Assembly: GCF_002105155.1 (NCBI RefSeq)
Contig: NW_019029023.1
Coordinates: 186,001 to 250,000 of the forward strand
DNA length: 64,000 nt
Direction: 5' to 3'
Source: Lobosporangium transversale
Lineage: Eukaryota
Position 1 is the first letter of the stretch, and every line of letters begins with the position of its first letter. Below the pieces are notes generated by a model. It did no database searches. It was given only the letters and a program-made list of their open reading frames with translations, and was not told the origin of the DNA. Below are positions 25,251 to 37,300 of this stretch, one piece after another. The position numbers and the translations under genes were made by a program.

Positions 25251-26984
25251 AGTATATACACAACTTAGCACTCCTTGCTATATATGCAAATCAGCATAGC
25301 TCAACATACCAAGAAGTGTAGAGTTGTGTATATACCTAGGTGTGCTTTGCTGTTTATATGCCAAGATACGTTCCTTCATGTAATGTGTATATGCCTGAGA
25401 GGTGCGGAGTTGTATGTCTATCGAGGTGTGTTCTGCTGTGTGTTTACCAAGCTGTGCTCAACTCAATGCTCAATAAATATTCTAACGTGTGTTTTTTTTC
25501 CTTAGAGGCCTACCCGCTTCGATGGAGACCCTGGGCTGACGAGGAGGTCTCGCCCAATAGAGGCCCCTAAAATCATCCGGCGAGAGGTTCCAGTCTGGTG
25601 GGACCTCACAGACTCGCCCAACGGGAGGTTTCAGCCTGAGGAGGCCCCCAGTCTGGTGGAGCCTCTTTACCTCCAGTCCGCCTCTAGTCGGGCTCTCCCT
25701 ACTTTATGGAGACCCGAACCTTCCGTTCTGACTCCTTAAAGGAGGGTCGTTGCAGTAGAGGTCCAGAGAGCTTTTAGTCTCTGGAGTCCGCTCGATCTGA
25801 GGGACCTTTGGAGATTTCATGTAGGACAGGGGCCATACCTTAGGTTCACCCAAGGCTGGTATGTTAGTGTTAATAAGTGTTCGCTAGAGTCATATGCCCT
25901 GAGGGTCGGTCCTCGATGAAGGGCCCCCTTCCAGCAGAACCAGGACCAGGATCAGGGTCAGGAGTAGAATGGGAGCTTGGTAATGTCTCAGGTTAAACAA
26001 AATGAAAGAGCATACTAACTTGATCTCATTTTTTGCTTCTTATTCTCTCTATTTAGATGGTATCTTTGAGCAGCTCAGGGGCATGGTTCTGGCGGATGTT
26101 TATTAACACTAACTTATCATCCTTAGGTGTTCTTAGGACCTATGCTACACCAGGAACGCCTGACGTAGCTTAGTGCATGGCATCTCTATTGCAAACGTGT
26201 TATACAATACTGAACTCAAACCTTTGAGGAGGGCTCAACTATCACGCGCACCCCAGGCGCCAAGACGCCAAGCCCAAGTGTCCAGACACCAAGCCCCAAC
26301 CCTATCAATTATCAGTATAAATAGTCCACTACGTTATAGCCAAATAAAGTATCCTTGGACCTTCGATTCCACCTAAGATCACCTTTGATTGCTACTATTT
26401 ACATCTATGCCATGTCGTATGGCTTCATGTCCTATCTCTGTCTGAACCATGTCTCCGGAGCAGACACCCCACCGGGAGCCCAGGCAGCTCTGGGTATCAA
26501 CAGCCCATTGAGGGCCCATGGTGCCTCTGAATGGTAAGGCGCTAAGTGATTGTTATGTGGTGCTATAATGTTTCCATTAGGTCCGACGCCTTTTGAAGAA
26601 CCAGTTTTACTAACCCACAATTGCTTTTTCTTTTTTTCTTTTTTTTTTTTTTAATAGCCATATTAGGCTCCAATAACAACAGACGCGGTAGGGGGACCAC
26701 AAGAGAACAAAACAAACTAATCTACAAAAAAAAGTCGGAAAGAATGAAAATAAACAAGAAAAAGAAAAAAAGAGAGAAAAAAAGAAAGAAAGAATCGTTT
26801 GCTCAAAATCATACGCGCTCAAAAAAATATAGTAAGAAAAAAAAAATAAAATAAAATAAAAGGAAAGAAAAGTAGAAGATGAAAAAAAAAAAAAAAAAAA
26901 AAAAAACATGAGCCCGCCAAAACCAACGCCTTTCAAGACGTCCAAACCCTAATGAAGCAAGCCAAAGAGCCGTCCAGGAAAATA

Positions 26985-27202
26985 AACAAAACAAACAAAA
27001 TAACTGCAACAGGAATCAACTTAACCGACAGCGGCCGTAACAAAACCAAAAAAATAGGGGCCTGCCAAAGCCTCTCAAAGCCCAAGTCAGTCAAAGGCTA
27101 CATAAGGAATCGGCTAAAACAGCCACCTGCACTCATCCATGAGTGGCCTAGTGCTGTTGGTATCTATGATAAACAGCACTGCCCCCAGCAGTCTCGCCAA
27201 CC
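26985..27202 (-). repeat. Right terminal inverted repeat
   Basis: Reverse complement of ~15951-16250; same internal palindrome (27150-27158 / 27172-27180). Confidence 0.9.
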
Positions 27203-28431
27203 AATTCGTATTATTGGTGGAGACAGTTGTAGGATCCGCCCAGAGGCCTGTCTCTATTTGCGGGAACAAAGCTTCTATTGACTTCGTAGATTTAACCCTG
27301 GAACTCTTCTGCTACAATTCTGAGAATATCGCCATTAATCTACTTTATTGATGTTTCGTGGTTTTGGAGCTTTTGACATCGTACATGCCTCTTGGTATTA
27401 CCAAAGGCTCATTCTGCCGCATTGAGGTGAGGCGACCACGATTAAAACATGGCCATTACCATTATGATCTATGGCAAGAGGCGTTGTCCATGATGAAGAC
27501 TCTCAGGCTTGAGGGAGCGGGGAGGGGTTTGTCGGCCAAAAAAGTTTGGAAAACATGAGCGTTGAATGCACCTAAACGCACTTCCGAGGCGATAGCCCCT
27601 TACCAACAGTAACTACGATGGAAGCACTTTGCCCTCGCTAGATAGGGCAATGTTTTAATGTACTTTTTCCTCGCGGTGCTTGACCCATTTATGTGTAAGA
27701 TGCAGGTTGAAATCCGCATCAACGAACGCAGGCTCTTTTAGGTTGATTCCTTTCATAAGCAAACGACTCGTCCATTGAACGCGAGCAGCAATCCTCCCTG
27801 GACTGCTGTAATTCTCTGACTTGCAACGTATATACCTGAGTGTGTAATCCGCTTGTTGAAGAACAGATCTAGAAGCAGCTATAAAGGATACAGGAGGTCA
27901 ATGGGAAAATGCTCCTTTAGTGATTGATAAAAATTAGCGATAATAAGGCTATGATCTTTACCAAGTTTAGCTTATAGCCATGCTACATGCTTTTCTTCGA
28001 AAACTGCCTTTTTTTTCTACTCTCCCCTCACAGTTATCCACAGTACAGTAGAGAAGGTGTCAACAGGATAGCGATGCCAGCAGGCCTTTTATGGTCAAAA
28101 ATGCCTGTCTAGGATGCTTGTGCATGCATCAAATAGGGATATGTATCAAAAAGGATGAGGAGCGGCGAGCACACAATCTGATGTTGTGTATTTCATATTT
28201 CATTGAGCGCTTGCTCCATGGCCCAGGAAATTGGGAAATGGAAGAAAGTCTGGTCACGGGTTCGGGCAAATAGATGGCCCAGCTTCTAACAGTTTGTGCC
28301 ACAAACTATGCTTGTATGGTTCTTTCTTCAACCCATCATCTCAATTCAACAGCAGAGACGCAGAGACAAACTGAACAGGAAGACATTCCAATAGACCGGC
28401 CATTAGATTAATAGACGGCAAGACATCAACG

Positions 28432-30142
28432 ATGAGTGATTATAACAAACTGTATTCAGCCAAGGCATCACCGCCTCTTGTGCAGATGATCCGCACTTAC
28501 TGGAGGACACGGCGGGTACATCACTGACTCTTTTTTATAAAAATGCAACATGATCATGCTGTTTTTTCTTGCCCACTAATCCATTCTTTTCTCTTTTTAT
28601 AGTACCTGTTCCTCATCCCTGCAGTGTTGTTATTCTGGACTTTTTTCTTATTCATCTCACATCTTACTTCATATGATGGTAAGAATTTATTTATTATTTT
28701 ATTTTATTTTCAGGGACCAATTAGTAGAATCTCAATAATGACTGACGTTGGATTTTTATCATTTTGACCCAGATCCTGAGTTTACGCTAGAAAAGACAAT
28801 TCAGGAAGATGAAAGTCAATTACTATCAACCTACGAACGTAACCCAACACCTTACAAACCTATTATTCTCAATGCTCTCCCGCCTCAAGGAGACGCTTAC
28901 AAATGGCCACCGAATATTCGTAGACCTCTCTGTATGCCCAAGATTTTTGTCTATGCCGACAATATCAAGATGGGAGAATTTCAAATGACATTATCATTAA
29001 AAGAAGGGAAAATGTCAACGTCATCGCCATCGTCGATGGAGTCTTTTTACAGATCAGAGCAAATTCTTTTGGAACAACTAAGAGACAAGACGTCTTCGAT
29101 CTACAAGAGTTATGTGACTGAGAATCCTGAGGAAGCTGATTTCTTTTTCATTCCATTCCAGGGAGCCAAATATTTGACAGATTGTTGGAATAGCAAGGGT
29201 ATCAAAGCAGGGGCAGGAGCGATACAAGAGCAAGAAGATTGTGATGTGGACAGGAAATATGCAGAGCAGATGATGGATTATATTCAAAAAGATAATCCCT
29301 ATTGGAACAGGAGTCAAGGACGAGATCATATTATGATTCATCCTATGGAGAAGGCATCTCTGTATTATAAACGAACTAGTGATCGAATGCAGAACGCCAT
29401 CTTTTTGACGACTGTTGGAGATAAACGAACGGACCCTTTTATTAATGGAAGACGATTCAGACGTTATGGAGATATTGTGATCCCTGCGAGTACAGCCTTA
29501 TTAAACCAGGGTGGGAAGGGGTCCATGGCTGGTGCTGGTGTAAACCCTGCAGATCATTTGACAGCGGATGGATTTTCAAAGACAGGTGCAAAAAGGGATA
29601 TACTGATGATATTTGGAGGGGATTATGAGAACGTGAATCCCACGGATGACTATTCAGGCGGGATTCGATCCTTGCTTTTCAATGGATTAGATCAACAGCC
29701 AGATTATTCATTTTCGAGTCGAGGATGGAGTTCATCTGAGTACATCAACCTGTTGAAGAGATCACGCTATGGATTTGCTCCCCAAGGAGGAACCACACTA
29801 GATACACCTCAGATATGGGACTATATAGCCTTTGGAGTGGTACCAGTGGTGGTTGCAGATGGGATTATTGAACCGTTTGAGGATGATATGGATTGGGATA
29901 GTTTTATTGTCAGGATCCCACGTGAAGAAGCACATCGCGTTGATTTGATTTTGAGATCGATTTCTGAACAAGAGTATGAACAAAAACGAAAGATGGTTTG
30001 GGAGCATGGCCGACAGGCCTTGTTGACAGAAGATGCTTGGCATTTGATTGTAAGGGCGCTTTGTCGAAAGGGAGATCTAGAGGATAAACAGACCATTGAT
30101 CGGGAACGCCATGTGCCGTTGAACAGAGACATTACTGTTTAA
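28432..30142 (+). CDS. Exostosin-family (GT47) glycosyltransferase, type II membrane protein, 3 exons
   Basis: Exon 1 MSDYNKL...YWRTRR, exon 2 TM helix YLFLIPAVLLFWTFFLFI, exon 3 with KIFVY, PEEADFFFIPF, PYWNRSQGRDHI, DIVIP, Y...LKRSRYGFAPQG and FGVVPVVVADGIIEPFEDDMDW. Confidence 0.88.
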
Positions 30143-30227
30143 GAACAAAAGTATATGTATAATAGACAAAGCACGGAAAGGAAGAGAAAGAAGAAAAGAG
30201 TATATATTAATATCTATTAATTATCTG

Positions 30228-30261
<34 letters not shown>

Positions 30262-31399
30262 AAACGATATGAAAAATGCTAAACAAATCGCCTGTAGCTT
30301 TTATGATCAATAAGGCTATTCACAATCGGCATTATGAAAAGTCTAAAGGTGTCATATATGTCATCAAAGCATACAAATCTTTCGTATAAAGTTGCTACCA
30401 TCAGTCATAATATCACAAAATCCAAAATAATAATCCAGATGGTTCAATGTTCTCGTTCCATCATAGTAGATGGTTTAAAGATCTGAAAGAAAATTGCTTC
30501 CATCCATTTGATGACCGGATATCAACTTCATCTTCACTTTTTCCTCTTTGCTTTGATTACACATCTCCATAAGTTATGAAGTCACTGTGAGAGAGCTATC
30601 CGTTCTCTCTCTTCTTTCATTACTATGATGAATTGATGCTCAATGAATAAAACAAAAATACAATTGATGTATCTTCTAAATATTCCCATCAACATTAATT
30701 AGAGTTCATACTAGAATGCACATTATTGGAATGCATGTTACCGGAATATTTCTACTAGAAGATCAGCAAAAGACTGTAGCTTTTTATCTAAACAGAGGAA
30801 TACTTAATTTTCTTAATTGCATTGTCCAGCTACTACTCCACATGTACATGTACCGGCCCCAACTACATGGGGACTATTATATGTTGTCCATTGTATAAAT
30901 AAGTTTACATGCTTCTTTGGTTTTATATGTACAGTGACGATTTTTGTAATTGGACCGTTTCACAGGCTTATCGTTCGACCATTGCTTTTTGACTTAAGCT
31001 GACGGCTCACGAGCGATATATCGCACACCATGAAACGAGAATACCCGACTCTTTACCTTGTTAAAAAGTTCATTACTGTACATGTTACGTTGTAAAAAAG
31101 AATGAGCAAGAGTAGCATTGCAATATGATGCTTTCATTGCCAAATATTGGAAGGCTTTAAGATAATGGTGTATTGCAAGATTAGTCTTGTTAGTACGATC
31201 AGCTGAGACTGAGTATTTTTGTTGCGCATATTTGTTCATCTCTTTTTGCTTCTTTGCCTTGCTCTTTTTGAATTGGTCTAATGTACCCTCCGGAGGAAGA
31301 GGGAGTCGGAAGAAAGGATAGAGCATACGAGATGAGATTGGAGCAATTCAGCAAAATGTTGCAACTCTTTATTTATTCCGAAGAGTTATTGGGAAAAAT

Positions 31400-34300
31400 C
31401 TAAGGTAAGCTTGCTTTTTTAATCTCGGACCATTTGGCATTCATTCCTTTCATGATACTCTTGACAGCTCCACCAGATGTACCCCTTCCATCCAGTCTGA
31501 GCTCTTCCGAAGATACGGACCTTGCCTCTTGCCCTTGAATTTGTCGTGGATGGATCGGCCGTTGTCCATGAGCAAGTAGATGAGGTTGACTGCTATGCTG
31601 TTGTAGTGGTTGCTGTGTATGGCGATGGCTGCGCGATCGATCAGATCCACTGGAATTACTTGTATACATAGCCAATTCATTGAAAAGATTTTGCGCTACA
31701 AGAGCTGAAGCAGGTGTTGTGTTCGAACTAACTCCAGTGCCAACGCCTGCGCTATGGTTGCTAGGTCCTGTATATGGAGAGTTGGTCGAATATCCTTGCT
31801 GAGACACTGGCCTGGATAAAGCAGCAGCAGCAACAGCAGTGGACGAGAGCGGGGCATGAGCATTAGAGTGGTTAGATCCAATGCTTGGTGCTGAAATAGA
31901 TTGCGCGTTAGACGCACTCACGGTTGGATTATATCCTGGCTGATATTGTGTCTGCGGCTTGTACGCCATTGCTGGGCTATTGGCGAGGGGGTTGTGTGCT
32001 CCTGGTGGCAGTGGAATATTGTTGATAAGCAATGGTGAGCCATAAATGCTATTTCGATTCGACCCCGAAGGAAGTAGAGGGGTTGAACTAACGCCATTGA
32101 TAATTCTGTTTGCGTTTGTGGTAGTTGACGCTTGCTGCTGCTGTACACTGATATTAGGTGGATGAGACAGTTGTGAGTATGGGTGTGCGCGGCTAGCCGC
32201 CGTTGTTGAACCTGTTGGTGTCTCAGACGTGGATCGTTCGTCAATGGGAGGCAGCAGTGTGCTAGTTACAGGTGGTAATGGCTTTCCGCGACAATGATGT
32301 AAATGGAGGATTGGACTGAGAACAACGTTATAAATAAAAGAAGAAAGTTAATGAATAGCTGTCCAATTAAGTTCTGAATGTGTCAGTAAAACGTTAAATG
32401 AAGCATTGGCTTACAGTCGTTCAGCGCTGTACAGTTTGCGGATGGAGTCTCTAGGCTTAAGCCCATCCGATACTTGTCGAGCGGTAGAGACCTGGTCCCC
32501 AACAAGTACAATCGTGTCTGGCAAGAATTGGTGTTGCTCCAAAATGGCATGCATTACAGGGATATACATCGAGAGCAAAACCTCTGGCTCTTGATTTTGC
32601 ACCTTCACTACACAGATCACCTGCTCATGGGCCATTTTGAAGGTAACACTAAATGATTACAAGAGTAAGTTTGTTATTAAATGATTATAATGCAGAATAT
32701 CCCCTAAATGATCATGGCCACTCCTTGCAAGCATCTTGATCAGTTATTGTAACGTACCAGCCCTGCAATGCGACATTAGCATGCGCACTTTCTACTGTAG
32801 TTTCAATATCTGTTGCAAAGTGGAGTAAACCGTGTACCTGGAACGATTCATCCATGCCTCCTAACACAAACAGTTGGAATGAACCAGATCCTGCATGGCT
32901 AGCCTGAGCTCCACCCCACTGATTTTGGTTTGAGAATGAGTGCTGCCTTTGTAATATATGTTGTTGTTGACCGTTCCATAAGAACCCAATATCACCTGTC
33001 CTCACATATCGAATACGGTTATCATATCCAGTTATGCAGGCATTGAACGGCTGTACATGGCTCGGATTCATAGTACTTCCAGGTGGCACATAAAACGAGC
33101 TAACGTTCGAGTCAGAACATATCCAGATCTCGCCGACCTGATTGGCAGCACAAACCTCAAATGTCTCAGGATGCACAATTGCGATTGAAGTACAGACAGT
33201 GGACTACAGTAAAATAATAATTGTAATAATAACTATGTCAGTATTAAACTAATTATTAGAGCTAACCAAATTCTGTATATAAAACAAAGGTATACTTACA
33301 ACCCCAGTATCCTCTAGCCAGACGCCAGTAGGATCATCGCCCTCGGAGGTCGGAGTAATAATACCATACCGCAAATTTCTGGAAGAAACGTGGATGCGAA
33401 CTGGTCCTGCATCTCGCTCTGCTTGCGAAGTCACCATAGGATTCAGAGGATGACTATAGATCAAATTGACAGCCTCGGGTTCAAGTTTGAGTGGCCCGAG
33501 TCGACTAATAGCCATCTTTCTTTTGTCCCGTTGTACTCGTCCATGACCACATATCATGAAATTCTTGACACCATCTAGCGAAATAGTGCCTGATGCTGGC
33601 ATCCCATGATTTCCATCCAGACGCGAGAGTAGCTGGTCCAACAATGGATATGTCAATGCGACATCTTGCACTGTGGTGAAAAAAAAAAAAAAAAGCTTTT
33701 AGCTAATAATTCTACGCAGAATAAAGTCACATGCGGGAATCGATAGGCATAATTCTTACCTCTGTATCTCGTAACAACCTCTAACCATACGAATGGATTG
33801 GCATAAAAATCAACAGTCTGCATAAGCACTGTAGGACCGCCATTATAGATTCCAAAAAGCCCTCCATGAATAAAACCAAGGCCATGAAAAATGCTCATCA
33901 CAGGTACAACAGCTTGACCACTGAGGGCATTAAACTGAAGTTTCTGATTCCTACACAAATTATTTAATGTTTCATGGCTGAGCTTTACCAGCTTTTTAGA
34001 GGCCATAGAGTTAATTTTTGATTCAGGGTCAATCAGATAAACCGCAGGATAGGTTGACATAAGCCATTCCTTTTTGGGTGCATATCCAGATAGCATCCCC
34101 AGAGAATGTTTGGTCTTGTTGGCTTTACTGACATTGTAAAATGTCGGTAAAACAACGTCTGAAGATGAAGATGACTCCATTGTTTGCTGATGATGCGCTG
34201 TAAATGTTGCACGACAGGCTCTTAGGTGAATGATTGTCGACTTTTGTTTTAAAAAGTCATCCGTTACAGTATTGCCTAAAATGGCCTTGACCTTGACTTC

Positions 34301-37300
34301 ATCCATAATACGTAAAAATGCACGTAGGATCCCTGCTCTTCTCTCCTCCACAGCCTCTGAAGCCAATGCCGGAATAAATGAGTTGTTTGACATTAATGGT
34401 AAATTCGGATTACCACCAAGAGCCAATGAACCTGACCCTGGATGACCGCCCAAAAATGAACCATGAACTGCACTGTGAATATGGACTGATTGGCCATTAT
34501 CAGGTAGAGGAAGGGGGATAGGGATAAGGCCTAGAACCCAACAAGCGTGGAGCGTGATAATATAGTCAAGGTCCTGTGTAAACCAAAGCAAGACATGATC
34601 TCCTGCCTTCAATCCATGCTTCTTATCCAGGAGGATTGCATATCCGGTGACCTTGTGATTAAGTTTTTTAAAAGTGAGAGATTTTTGCTCTTTGCCTCGT
34701 GCATCTAGCTCAATTAATGCGATTTCATCTGGTTGAATGATAGTTCGCCACATCAAAATATCTGTGATATTATGGAATTTGCCCATGTGCTCTTTCATCC
34801 TCTCATCATAGGCATCAGGACTTGTGATATTGGTTGTGTATTGAACGTATCGGATAGGGGTCGCCTGACGACGCTGTCGCTTGATCACACATTCTGTGAA
34901 ACATCCATAATAAATATATGCACACTTTAGCATGGTGTACCATGGAATTGCCTATCATAAGTTTCAAAATTCAAAAGTTTTTTTTTTTTTTTTTTTTTTT
35001 TACCTCGACTCCAGAAACCGTCGGTTAGGTCGTCTCCTCGTGGAATATTGAATAGTACATCGTCTGTAAAAGTGGCAAAATAGAGAATCTTGTAGATCCT
35101 TCCAAGCTCGAACATCTTCTTACACATAGCATGGTCCAAGATCCTCCTGCCATTCTCATAGAGTCTTGGGAGTGCATTCGTGTCCCAAACTGCCACGCAA
35201 TAACTCCGCAGGGCATTCACCGTCTGTAATACATGTCTAGCATTGATACCCACGTGTTGTGCTACAGTATTGATACTCTGGCCGCCCCATCTGCCGTCTC
35301 TTGAGAGCTCAATGCAGACTACTGGTAGATATTCTTTATTGACAAGACATTCGAAGATGGAGCTGAAAAATAAGGTTGTTTAGTTTCATTGTATTAGGTA
35401 ACCACGTTGGACGATTACAGAAACAAATGTACTTACATCTCTCCAACACCTCCCACTTTACTGTACAACGTCCTCTTCAAATCAGAACAGTGATGATATT
35501 CATATTGTATGGCGCTGGGTTTCATAGGATCCGCTATATCCTGACGCAATCGATCCCAATAAGAACCAAACACTACGATACGCCCCTCGATCAGTGCACC
35601 CAGTAGACTGGTCCGCATGACTTTATCGCAGCCTGGAGGATGGTAGACAGCTGGCATCATATTTTCTTCAGTCACGATGTAGGGTTTAGCATTGAAGACT
35701 TCCTGGGTGTGTTCAGGAAGTCCCCAAAAACCATCCGGCATATCTGGTGAGCTTAGCCAAATCTCTCCAACGACATCGGGTAACGAGAGTGCCAATGTTT
35801 CTGGATCCACAATAAACGCAGTTGCTATAGTAAACCATACAGCGACATACCATGTATATCAATAACTAAGACACGAAAAATGGAGCATCATTGCTTATGA
35901 TAGGAAAACAAACATTACTTACAGGTCGCCAGTGGATAGCCAAAAGCCCCCACAAAGATTGCACCAGGTTCATCCCTGCGTCTATATGCTTCTTCACCCG
36001 TTGCCAAAATAGCGATGCGATTCGATCGTAACGCCCCCCTGTGAAGTAGGTATTCACCACAGGTCATTGACGATACTGAATGTCTCGCAAGATTGCCAAC
36101 ATTAGAATTGTCCCCTTGCAGGACCTGATTTGATCCGTTACCTGAGCCAGTCAAATCGGTATCTTGCCCTACGCTTTCTGAAGCACGCCTTAGACGAGGG
36201 AGGGTTGATTTGCGGTATTGCTTGCGAAGATCGATCTTTTCCACACCACGTGGTGCCTCTAGAGCATCTCGTAGGCATACAATCCTCCCTCCGAGCTCTG
36301 CCAGGCTCAAAAATGCTACCACTCCGAGATCACTTCTCACTTTCGTTGAATTAGAAGCAGATGATTTTTCCTCAGGTCCGGAGATCGTGTTATCCAGCAT
36401 GGCATGTGGATCATGGCGCTGAACCATTCCAAGTGGGTACAAGAAGTCGTCCAAGAACTCATAATTCAGGACTGGATCATTAGACTGAGTATCGATATAG
36501 ACAGTCTGTAAAAATCGAAGGTCTGGACGCGTAGGCGTAAGAGTTCCCTGGGGATTGATCCTAAAGTTCCGTAAAAGCTTCTGCACGCCAACATAGTCAG
36601 CGAAAGCAATAGTAGCTAAATAATATCATTCACAAGCATACATAGTTATAAGTCAGTACCTTTTAAAAAATAAAAAATAAAAAATAAAAAATCTAGCATC
36701 ACATAAGCTTTACCTCGGTATGCAGCTATAGAGTGAGCCCACAGTCCAGATACCGCTGTGATAGCGCTCTCCATAAAGACCGTAAAGTTTCCACAAAAAA
36801 CGCCCATGATTGCTCCCAAAATAAGGCCTGATTGCTGACGAGGCTCTAGCCACGTCATCACAGTTCCTGGGGGACGAATCTGGTTGGCTTTCTTCTTTCG
36901 CTCTTTAAGCTGAAGGGCTGAAGGATCGACCGCTAAGAGTGGATCGGTTTGTAGATGCCCATTCTTATCGCGGTAGAGCGTTGGTCTCCATCGAAAGCTC
37001 GAATAAAGTACTTGGCATTGAGATATCAAGCCTTTGTGACTAATCGTAACGCCTTTGAGTTCTCCTGATGCGGATTTGGTGAATTCTATATAGGCTATTT
37101 CATTGTCAGAAAGAGCTAAACGCTCTTGCTGGTTATTCTTGGGCGCCCAAGTCTCGAGAATGTCTGTTTGCCACCATGTTACTCCGGATGGCCATACTGC
37201 TCCCTTTTTAAGATCTTTTTGAAGGGATTTATGATTAAACTGTGTTGTCAAAGCCAACTCAACTTTTGCTGAAGTCATGATGTACACCATTTCCGAAAAG

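Noticed and set aside
25264..25278. TTAGCACTCCTTG resembles part of U6atac snRNA
   Set aside because: The flanking conserved U6atac sequence is absent; short chance match.
30994..31326. 110-aa minus-strand ORF downstream of the DIP2-like gene
   Set aside because: No recognisable motifs; lies in the likely 3' UTR.
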